Positions 1-7,464 of a DNA stretch of 17,257 nt are shown here, one piece after another. The notes below the pieces were generated by a model. The model was not told the origin of the DNA, searched no databases, and worked only from the letters and a program-made list of their open reading frames with translations. Both the position numbers and the translations under genes were made by a program. This DNA is from Candidatus Heimdallarchaeota archaeon. GTDB taxonomy: Archaea; Asgardarchaeota; Wukongarchaeia; Wukongarchaeales; JBHIFL01. The stretch spans positions 1 to 17,257 of the forward strand of contig JBHIFL010000083.1 in assembly GCA_046761065.1 (NCBI GenBank), read 5' to 3'. Numbering within the stretch: the stretch's first letter is position 1; each line of letters begins with the position of its first letter.

Positions 1-29
1 ATGTCATACCGCGGCTATGAGACCCTCAC
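1..29 (-). rRNA. Possible 5' end of a 5S rRNA, truncated by the window edge
   Basis: The minus strand reads GUGAGGGUCU-CAUAGC-CGCGGU-AUGACAU. This matches the spacing of the CAUAGC-N6-(N3)ACAY pattern at archaeal 5S rRNA 5' ends. Only 29 nt are visible, so it could instead be a leader plus the ATG of a downstream CDS. Confidence 0.25.
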
Positions 30-52
30 TCCCACAAGAAACTTTATACTCC

Positions 53-835
53 CTATTTTTTTAATTTAAATTGGTCTTTGAAAATACTCTGCCGATAACA
101 CGCCCAAATACACTTACCACAGACTTCATCTTCCAAACCCAATGCAATGATATACTTTCGGCAATTTTCCCGATAATTTTTAAGACGAGCTTTCTTCTTG
201 AGAATCGAACAGATCTCAAGACATGCTCTGCAATTCTCACACAACGACTCCCTTTTTATCCCTTGGAGTAATGGAAGAGTGGTTATTATCGAGGCAAAGC
301 GCAGCGCACAGCTATACTGCTCGTGTACGATCAATTCATTTTTACCCCTCCATCCGAGGCCAGCATGCTCAGCTCCGACTCGATGCGAAATGGTATGGCC
401 ATAGTATTCCTCTACATGATTCACTTCATTTGCAAATCCTTCTAAAGTTGCAGGAACAGGAATCCCACCAAAATGGTTTGCAATTTTGCGTGAAATATCA
501 TTTAACAGGCGATTGAGCTTTTGATATTCCCGAGCATAGACGTTCCATCGAGTTTTATCAAGCATTCCGTTACGTTTGACATTAATGCAATCAATGACGG
601 ATTCGGGATAAGCAATACCCACTGAGATGATTGAACCCTGTTGTATGAGTTTTTGGAATTGGAATTGACAAAGCTCTTTAAGCTTAACCTGTTGGATTGG
701 TAACAGATCCTGGTAAACGCTGTTAAAATTCGCAACTCCGAAAACGCCTTCGTAGTAGATATTCTTTAAATGCTCATGGAAGAAGTGGCGAACTCGCTTT
801 GTGTTCCGTTCTCTTTCTTGTTCTTTTTGTGCCAT
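53..835 (-). CDS. Epoxyqueuosine reductase (QueG)-like / reductive-dehalogenase-domain 2x[4Fe-4S] protein
   Basis: Contains SHRVGAEHAGLGWRGKNELIV...LRFASIITTLPL, then CENCRACLEIC, a lone C (ENC) and CGKCIWAC. Start placed at ATG 835, which has GGAG upstream, rather than TTG 850. Confidence 0.8.
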   Translation of the reverse strand: MAQKEQERERNTKRVRHFFHEHLKNIYYEGVFGVANFNSVYQDLLPIQQVKLKELCQFQFQKLIQQGSIISVGIAYPESVIDCINVKRNGMLDKTRWNVYAREYQKLNRLLNDISRKIANHFGGIPVPATLEGFANEVNHVEEYYGHTISHRVGAEHAGLGWRGKNELIVHEQYSCALRFASIITTLPLLQGIKRESLCENCRACLEICSILKKKARLKNYRENCRKYIIALGLEDEVCGKCIWACYRQSIFKDQFKLKK

Positions 836-1004
836 AAAGATGAGCTCCAAAATCTTGCATTTCGATTGTTGCTTTAGGGATCATAAATATATCTTACCAT
901 ATCCTTTTCATAAAAGAGCGTGTTCTAGTGATAGAATGGTATTTGCACTTCCCGTGTTTGTTTATTGGCACCTTGTCCTTATCATAGGAAAAATCATTTA
1001 TCAT

Positions 1005-1526
1005 TTAAGGTAAATCATTTTTTCGCTTTCTTAAAGAATTTAAGCATAATTGAAGGAATTTATTCAGGTTTAGACCTATTTCCTTGCATTTTAGTAAGTT
1101 GGTGATATGCCATGGCTGCCTAGTAGAGGTTTTTTCAAGTTCTGCACGAATGATTGCGACACCTACTTCTGCCGGGGGAATACCGGATCTTTCTATCAGA
1201 ACTACCAAAGAATCAGTTGCTAGCAATGCCTTATCAAGCTGGCTGTGAGAAATAAATCCTGTTCGATAATCATGAGCCTTTATGGCATAAAGACAGTTCT
1301 CAGGAAGTTTGCTCTTCAATCTCTCAGAAGAAACAATACCATGCTGTTCCATATTATCCCTTACATCATCATAATCTAAATCATGCAACAACCCGACAAG
1401 CTCCCATTCTCTCTCATCCTTGCCGAGATATCTTGCTAACTCGCCCATCATTCTAGAGACAATTATTGCATGAGCATACTTACTTGTATTCTTGATGGGT
1501 TGAAGAGCTTCCTCTCGAGATATCAC
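1005..1526 (-). CDS. HD/HDIG-domain metal-dependent phosphohydrolase (COG2316-like)
   Basis: Shows SREEAL..., H...V...M..LA..LG.D..EW.L.GLLHDLDY, HG, AIKAH and a conserved D (ATD). The start is likely GTG 1526, preceded by GAGG. The 64 codons upstream in the ORF track translate a terminator/poly-T intergenic region. Confidence 0.85.
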   Translation of the reverse strand: MISREEALQPIKNTSKYAHAIIVSRMMGELARYLGKDEREWELVGLLHDLDYDDVRDNMEQHGIVSSERLKSKLPENCLYAIKAHDYRTGFISHSQLDKALLATDSLVVLIERSGIPPAEVGVAIIRAELEKTSTRQPWHITNLLKCKEIGLNLNKFLQLCLNSLRKRKNDLP

Positions 1527-1615
1527 ACATTTCCTCTCATATAAAATTATTATTGAAAAATTCCCTTTCTTGTAAGGGAGATACAAGTAAACTGTTTTTC
1601 GCACTTGGTACATTC

Positions 1616-1644
1616 TTTTAATCAATAGAAAAAATTGATTAAAA
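1616..1644. promoter_or_regulatory. Perfect 11-bp inverted repeat (candidate operator or hairpin)
   Basis: TTTTAATCAAT-agaaaaa-ATTGATTAAAA, about 90 bp upstream of the HD gene start. Confidence 0.45.
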
Positions 1645-1667
1645 TTCTTTAGATTGTTCTGATTACT

Positions 1668-1712
1668 AAAAAAAGAAGAAAAAAAGAAGAAGAGAGACGG
1701 AATGGCTCTCTT
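1668..1712 (-). terminator. Hairpin plus long oligo-U terminator of the surface-protein gene
   Basis: On the minus strand, AAGAGAG-N9-CTCTCTT overlaps the stop codon and is followed directly by a ~22-nt C/T-only, T-rich tract. Confidence 0.7.
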
Positions 1713-4317
1713 ATACAAGGTGCTTCTTTCGAGTCATCAATAGCAATCCAAAGACACTCAGTGCCATTACTACATCCAATAACGTGAATCCTGGAACAAA
1801 GAAAGCGGCTTCCTGCTCCAACTCACTTGGGGGGACGTTTTCCGTAATACCGTTGTCTGTTACTATTATACTGTCTACTTTAGCTTCTTCGCCATCCATT
1901 CCAATTGCAATTACTACAATCAAATGTTCACCGTCTGCTCGCGTTGTACTATCCCAGGTAAATGAATACTCATCAGTCTCTTTCTGCTCCATTGGATATC
2001 CCAGCCCATCTATAGTAAGTGAGACAAATTGTAAACCCATGGGATCATATACCTTGGCCAAAATAGTGACTTCCCCTGAAACCGTGTCCCCTTTGAGAGG
2101 TTCTATAATTTCTATCATTGGAGGCTTGTTATCATCTGCTAAGTTATCCACTTCCACACTAACTTCCGCTTTTGCCCGATGTCCTGCATTGTCTAAAGCA
2201 GAAACGCGTAGATTGTACGTCCCATCTCCACCCAGCTTGGTCGTGTCCCACATCGCCGTCCAACGCTCATTATCTTGTTTCTCAAGGTTCAATTCTGTCC
2301 AATCAATCAAGAGGTATTTACTGCCAATTTCGAGTCTTACTGAATCATCTCGCACTCCACTTTCTGGATCGCGAATCATAATTTCGATTTCAATCGTTCC
2401 AGAAACCCGATCACCTTGAATTGGATATTGAAAATCGATTTCCGGCGCTCGGATATCGGTTCCTTCCTTGATAAAATCAAATTCAAAGAGCACACCAAAT
2501 TCCGTGAGTTCAACGGACTCGTTAAATAGTTGGAGCTCAAATTGATTTTTAGGAATGCCTTCGTCTTCCCATTCATTATGCCAAACATCATAACCCTGGC
2601 CCCATTTGTCCTTGTTAGGAGTAACATCGAGAACCCGACCGGGAACTTCAATGCGGAAGTGAGAACTGTCTACTTCTGGTAGTTTTCGGAGAGGAGCGTA
2701 GCCATTCAATGCATTCTGTGTCGAGATATAATTCTCACCTGGGCTGAAATACTGTTCTAGCCACCAATCCACGCCAATCCCCTTCTCAGGTAACCGAGAA
2801 GGTGCTTCGAAATGTATGTTATTCTCGATGTGAGGGGCACTCCCGAAGTCAATATGGTTATATAATGCACTCTTTGAGATTAATTCAGGTTTCTTTGCCC
2901 GTTCTATAATAATGTTCCAGTCCACCCAGCCATAGTAGTGAACATGTAAGCCGCCATCCCAAAAGTCTTCATTACCCAAGTGGAACTCGACATCTAAGTC
3001 AACTCCATAAGCTGCTGCAATCGCATCGGCAATTGAACTATACTCAGGGTCATCGGATACAAAATCTATATCTAAGAAGATATTGGGCTCTTGCCGGATT
3101 ACCTGCGCCGCCAACGACGTGTTCGAAGAAATTGGGGCTTCTACCAGTTGTTCTTTGGGACCTTCTACTCGCAAATGTAAATTCTCAACAAACTCATAGA
3201 GTGGGTCATTCTCATAGTCTATGGTTTGTGTTAAGGATGCACTTGGATCTGCTAACCCCATCCGTACCTCTAGGTTTCCAAAGGGATCAACGCTCATTTC
3301 AGCATGTTCGTGAGTCTGTAATGCCCGGGGGACAAATTGATAGTCGAAGCGAACCCTGAAGCTATCGAAAGAAACCATTGGATCACGTATATCCAAGTTA
3401 ACTCCATGTCGCCAAGCGTTTTGCCAACCTTCATACCAACGATCTTCGTGGACCGCATAGCCCCCATAATCACCTATTGGAGGCTCTGTCGAGAGAATGT
3501 CAACATCTGGCAGGTTGAAGCTGTACCATGAGTCCTCCGAGTATTCACTTCGCTCTATTCTTGCTAAGTGAAGGAGGTTCTCCATCACAAGTTCGTGTCC
3601 TCCTTCAAGCTCCGAAATAAAACTATTGAAACCCACTCCAATCTGTTCGAAGAACTGGTCATCCCCAACGGAGAACGAGTCCCCTTGATGATGCTGAATT
3701 TCGAACCACGCCTCATCTGCGCCAGTCACATCAATATTCGCAGCGATACCTCCCATCTCACGAGGCAGACTATTCTCCAGCTCATTCACAAACCAAGGAA
3801 AGTCGATGTGCGCGCTATAGTAAACTCGAACCATGTCTACATCGTCATAAACATTCTGAGGATCACGTTCTTCAACCCAGGTCTCTGATCCCCGGAACTC
3901 GAAAGTCACTAATAGTCTAGAGTTTATTTGGTGCATTATTTGATTGGCAAATTCTTCTGCAGCCACCGGATCCTTTAACTCGAAATTCACATCTACCCAG
4001 GTGTTCTCTTCATTCGGATCCCGGCTTTCTTTGGCATTTGTTCGTAGCCATCTAAAAGCTATCCATTCGTTTCCAGAAAAGTCAAGAGAGGTCTTTGACC
4101 AATGCACTCCAATGCCTTCTACTGAAGCCCAAGACCAAATATGTCCCTCTCGCTCTACTCGAACTTCTGCAGATTCTCGATAGTAGTCTGAAGGCTGACT
4201 GAGACCTAATGATTTGTCTAAACAGCGTTCTGATCGTGCTACATGTGTTGGAAACATTACCAGTCCAATGGCAAGGACTACTATTACAACTCTTATATAA
4301 AATCGTGTCAAATCCAA
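1711..4317 (-). CDS. Secreted cell-surface protein: signal peptide, two tandem ~285-aa unknown domains, two Ig-like domains, PGF-CTERM-like anchor
   Basis: N-terminal basic plus hydrophobic signal (RFYIRVVIVVLAIGLVMFPTHVA) and an acidic mature region. Two D..PP.I....P..GD.VSG...WD.T...DG.Y/H.L Ig-like repeats. C-terminus is VPGF + transmembrane helix + RKK. The TTG start is uncertain by a couple of codons. Confidence 0.85.
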   Translation of the reverse strand: MDLTRFYIRVVIVVLAIGLVMFPTHVARSERCLDKSLGLSQPSDYYRESAEVRVEREGHIWSWASVEGIGVHWSKTSLDFSGNEWIAFRWLRTNAKESRDPNEENTWVDVNFELKDPVAAEEFANQIMHQINSRLLVTFEFRGSETWVEERDPQNVYDDVDMVRVYYSAHIDFPWFVNELENSLPREMGGIAANIDVTGADEAWFEIQHHQGDSFSVGDDQFFEQIGVGFNSFISELEGGHELVMENLLHLARIERSEYSEDSWYSFNLPDVDILSTEPPIGDYGGYAVHEDRWYEGWQNAWRHGVNLDIRDPMVSFDSFRVRFDYQFVPRALQTHEHAEMSVDPFGNLEVRMGLADPSASLTQTIDYENDPLYEFVENLHLRVEGPKEQLVEAPISSNTSLAAQVIRQEPNIFLDIDFVSDDPEYSSIADAIAAAYGVDLDVEFHLGNEDFWDGGLHVHYYGWVDWNIIIERAKKPELISKSALYNHIDFGSAPHIENNIHFEAPSRLPEKGIGVDWWLEQYFSPGENYISTQNALNGYAPLRKLPEVDSSHFRIEVPGRVLDVTPNKDKWGQGYDVWHNEWEDEGIPKNQFELQLFNESVELTEFGVLFEFDFIKEGTDIRAPEIDFQYPIQGDRVSGTIEIEIMIRDPESGVRDDSVRLEIGSKYLLIDWTELNLEKQDNERWTAMWDTTKLGGDGTYNLRVSALDNAGHRAKAEVSVEVDNLADDNKPPMIEIIEPLKGDTVSGEVTILAKVYDPMGLQFVSLTIDGLGYPMEQKETDEYSFTWDSTTRADGEHLIVVIAIGMDGEEAKVDSIIVTDNGITENVPPSELEQEAAFFVPGFTLLDVVMALSVFGLLLMTRKKHLV

Positions 4318-4682
4318 CCCCTACTAGGTTAGATCCCATACTCCCTAATTAAGGTTTCCAATAACATTGCAAGTTTGCACTTTACTCTCTGGCACAATGT
4401 GGTTTCCATTACTTTTGTAATCTTATTGGTTTTTCATAAGACTATGCCGTGATATATTTATTTCAAGGAAGATCCTTTGCTACACTTCCTAAGCTCAAAT
4501 ATATTGCGTTGTTTGGATATTTCACACCGTTTTTAGGGTTAATAATATGTGGGTTAATGGCTTCTTTGTAGGTTAGAAACATGTAGATAACTAGGGATTC
4601 CAGATATTAAGTAAAGGTTATAAAGTTATATGCATAGAATACTTTAATTTACGGACTTTCAGCTCTATCTTACTAAAGGTGA

Positions 4683-5843
4683 TTATTCCTCGGTTTTCGG
4701 CTTAGGTAGTACCGCCTTGAACAATGCTTCGTCTACTAGTTTCCCTTGAGCAAGCAGTTGGCGAAACTTGATAAAGTCAATTGTGTCCTTTCCCGTGAGT
4801 TTTCGCGTGTTGAACGCATGAAACCCTAGAAAGGCTTCATAGTTCATATTGACTGCTAACCAGTGCCGATTGTAATTCTTCGTAGCATCCCAGAAGAACT
4901 TTTTCTTCGCTCGAACACTATCCATTGCTTTCATCAAACACCCGGGGAAGAGGTTCGCAAAAGTCCAAACTATTTTGTTTACCTCTTTATCCAGCAACTC
5001 AAAGCTGATCTTATCCTGGTCTCTTGCTTCTTTGATGTAGGCTTGAGCCGCCTTGAATTTTTCCCCTGTTTTGAACTCGCCATAGACTATTTCACCATCG
5101 TCCACATACTTCTCTATGACGACCGACGGATTGCGAACCCATTCGTCTCCATCCTTGATCACTGGCACGACTTTGGTTAAATACCCTAGACGCTTCATCT
5201 TATAGGCACTCCACATCTCACAGGAGACACAATTCCACATGGCATCTTCAATTGACAGATACCACGGCAAGAAGTCAGAGGATCCCCCATCGGGAGAAGA
5301 CCCGTGTCTGGGGCCCGCTTGGCCAAAAATTGCCAGGTCGGAAGTGACCGCCAAATCGCAAGCCATCCCGATTTCTTGCCCACCAGCTACCCGCATTCCG
5401 TTCACTCGGTTAATCACGGGCTTCTTGCACATGAGAATAGAATCCACCAATTTTATGAAGAGCTCCATGTATTCTCCGTATTCATTGGGACGACTGGTAT
5501 AGTATTCGGCGTATTCTTTGGTGTTTCCACCGGTGCAGAACGCGACTGACCCAGTACCAGTAAAAATAACCGCCACGACACTGCGATCTAGAGAGGCATT
5601 TTCAAATCCGGCGATGGCCCCTTTGCACATTTCAGTTGTATAGCTGTTATATTGCCGAGGGTTGTCTAGGATAATCCAAGTGACATAGAGATCTTCGATG
5701 ATGTTACCTTCAGGATCTGTCAATGGACGTTTTTCATATATCGTGCGGGGAGCGGTACTACCCCAGTGCTGCGTGCCATGGAGATCGTTATGCGTCTTAA
5801 GTTCGAGATCTCGCGTTAACCAATCCAATCTCACATTTTTCAC
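4683..5843 (-). CDS. bamA: 6-oxocyclohex-1-ene-1-carbonyl-CoA hydrolase (ring-opening hydrolase of the benzoyl-CoA pathway)
   Basis: Family-diagnostic stretches: YEKRP, WIILDNPRQYNSYTTEM, AFCTGGNTKEYAEYY, KPVINRVNGMRVAGGQEIGMACD, GQAGPRHGSSPDGG, CEMWSAYK, FPGCL, WLAVNM..EA.LGF.AFN, DFIKFRQLLA. Length 386 aa; GTG start. Confidence 0.95.
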   Translation of the reverse strand: MKNVRLDWLTRDLELKTHNDLHGTQHWGSTAPRTIYEKRPLTDPEGNIIEDLYVTWIILDNPRQYNSYTTEMCKGAIAGFENASLDRSVVAVIFTGTGSVAFCTGGNTKEYAEYYTSRPNEYGEYMELFIKLVDSILMCKKPVINRVNGMRVAGGQEIGMACDLAVTSDLAIFGQAGPRHGSSPDGGSSDFLPWYLSIEDAMWNCVSCEMWSAYKMKRLGYLTKVVPVIKDGDEWVRNPSVVIEKYVDDGEIVYGEFKTGEKFKAAQAYIKEARDQDKISFELLDKEVNKIVWTFANLFPGCLMKAMDSVRAKKKFFWDATKNYNRHWLAVNMNYEAFLGFHAFNTRKLTGKDTIDFIKFRQLLAQGKLVDEALFKAVLPKPKTEE

Positions 5844-5892
5844 GATCCCTTTCTTTTTCAGTGGTTTCTGTTTAGTGCCTATTTTGTGTTTT

Positions 5893-5907
5893 TCGATTTA
5901 TAATCGA
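5893..5907. promoter_or_regulatory. Palindrome overlapping the putative bamA TATA box
   Basis: TCGATT-TAT-AATCGA. The minus strand reads TTATAAAT within it, about 50 bp upstream of the bamA start. Confidence 0.45.
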
Positions 5908-6101
5908 GATTAGTTATTTATTTCCAATTTATTAGGATTTGCGATTTAATTAAGAGAGATTTGGGATTATGGCGAATGATTTCTTTTCCGTAGATGGAAG
6001 AAAGAATCCTTTAAGTGGACATAGTGTTTTAAGACTAATAAACACTTTTCCAGTTAATAACATATAATGGAAACACCGATGATTTAGGAGATATTGTACT
6101 G

Positions 6102-6950
6102 ATGAAAATTAAAGTTGTGGATTTCCACGTCCATGCATTGAGCTCAGAAGCGGATTGGCATCCTTGGGTTGTGTCATATGGTTTTGATATGAATCCTACC
6201 CTACAAACGATGTTAATAGAGGTCACAACCCCTACCGGTCTTTGGACGTACTTATCTGAACAAGGAATTGACTTAGCAGTAATCCTCGCCGAAGATTCGC
6301 CCGTAACGACTACTGCGAAGCGAGGAACCGAAATTAATGAGTTTATTGCAAAAATATGTTCGCAAAACCCGGATAAAATGATTCCATTCTGCTCGGTTAA
6401 TCCGAAAACAGTTGCAAGGCCTGCAAAGGAACTCCAGCGCCTTGTCGAGGACTTGGGTTTTAAAGGATTAAAGCTTTATCCACCATATCAGTTGTATTAC
6501 CCAAATGATCAAGAGATCTATCCACTATATGCGAAAGCTGAAGAACTAGGCATTCCAGTCATGGTTCATACGGGTAGTAGTGTATTTCGAGGGGCTCGCT
6601 TGAAATATGGTGATCCCCTCTATTTAGATGATGTGGCAGTTGATTTCCCCGATCTTAAGCTGCTTCAAGTTCACTCGGGTCGAGGATTCTGGTACGACCA
6701 GGCATTCTTTCTTGCAAAACTACATAAAAATGTGTATCTTGAAATCGCTGGATTGCCCCCTCAAAATCTATTAAAATACTTCCCAAAGCTCGAAAAACTT
6801 GCAGACAAATTTATTTTTGGTTCCGACTGGCCAGGTGTTCCCAGTATAAAGAAGAACATTAAGATAATCAGAGAATTGCCTCTCAGTTCAGAAACAAAAC
6901 GGAAAATTCTTGGGCAAAATGCGTTGAGGATCCTAAAGAGTGTCTTATAA
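6102..6950 (+). CDS. Amidohydrolase_2 family metal-dependent hydrolase/decarboxylase
   Basis: Motifs DFHVH, GFKGLKLYP, IPVMVHTG, DDVAVDFPDL...H.G and FIFGSDWP. AGGAG Shine-Dalgarno upstream. Confidence 0.92.
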   Translation: MKIKVVDFHVHALSSEADWHPWVVSYGFDMNPTLQTMLIEVTTPTGLWTYLSEQGIDLAVILAEDSPVTTTAKRGTEINEFIAKICSQNPDKMIPFCSVNPKTVARPAKELQRLVEDLGFKGLKLYPPYQLYYPNDQEIYPLYAKAEELGIPVMVHTGSSVFRGARLKYGDPLYLDDVAVDFPDLKLLQVHSGRGFWYDQAFFLAKLHKNVYLEIAGLPPQNLLKYFPKLEKLADKFIFGSDWPGVPSIKKNIKIIRELPLSSETKRKILGQNALRILKSVL

Positions 6951-6978
6951 ATGAGGTACCCCTGCCAAATCATTTATC

Positions 6979-6989
6979 GCTTTTTTTAA
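6979..6989 (+). terminator. Oligo-T tract between convergent genes
   Basis: T7 run about 30 nt after the amidohydrolase stop codon. Confidence 0.4.
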
Positions 6990-7004
6990 CATGCTGAAAG
7001 GGCA

Positions 7005-7448
7005 TTAATCTCGTGTGTCAGGTGAGTTTGTGGGTCTTTCAACATAAACTAAGGCTTCGGTAGGACATTGTTGAGTACAAAGGGGGTGCTCCTCATTCCG
7101 GCATTGATCACATTGAACGGCTACTTTCTGCTCCATATCAGCTGCTATTGCTCCGTAGGGGCACGCCATGATACAAGTCCAGCATCCAACGCACTTCCTA
7201 AAATCATTAAACACAACTTCCTTCTGTAAATCTTTCTGCAATGAGCCCGTCAAACATGCATCAATGCAAGGTGAATCCTCACACTGTCGACATATCGCTT
7301 GCCACTCATATCGGCCAAAAGGATCGCGATGTATCGTGATCCCGCTAGCCCAAGGTTTTGATTCTCCAAACTTACTTATCGAACACACCATAGAACAAAT
7401 TTTACACCCTGTACATAATTCCGATCTAGCGTAAATCTGTTTAACCAT
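7005..7448 (-). CDS. 4x[4Fe-4S] electron-transfer subunit (DmsB/HycB-like), small subunit of the AOR-family complex
   Basis: Cys groups CTGCKICSMVC, CRQCEDSPCIDAC, CVGCWTCIMACP and CDQC...PLCTQQCP. Lies 16 bp downstream of the AOR gene. Confidence 0.92.
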   Translation of the reverse strand: MVKQIYARSELCTGCKICSMVCSISKFGESKPWASGITIHRDPFGRYEWQAICRQCEDSPCIDACLTGSLQKDLQKEVVFNDFRKCVGCWTCIMACPYGAIAADMEQKVAVQCDQCRNEEHPLCTQQCPTEALVYVERPTNSPDTRD

Positions 7449-7464
7449 CTTTATTCTCTCTCTT

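Noticed and set aside
1-15. tRNA 5' end (GCCGCGGTA...) on the minus strand
   Set aside because: The bases after position 9 (TGACAT) do not fit a normal D-stem start, and too little sequence is visible.
1527-1718. N-terminal 64 aa of the 237-aa ORF-track call
   Set aside because: It translates a terminator and poly-T intergenic DNA (FFFFSSFF) and overlaps the upstream gene. Family similarity starts at GTG 1526.
1784-2419. 211-aa plus-strand ORF
   Set aside because: Ser-rich antisense shadow of the Ig-like domains, with no motif and no RBS.
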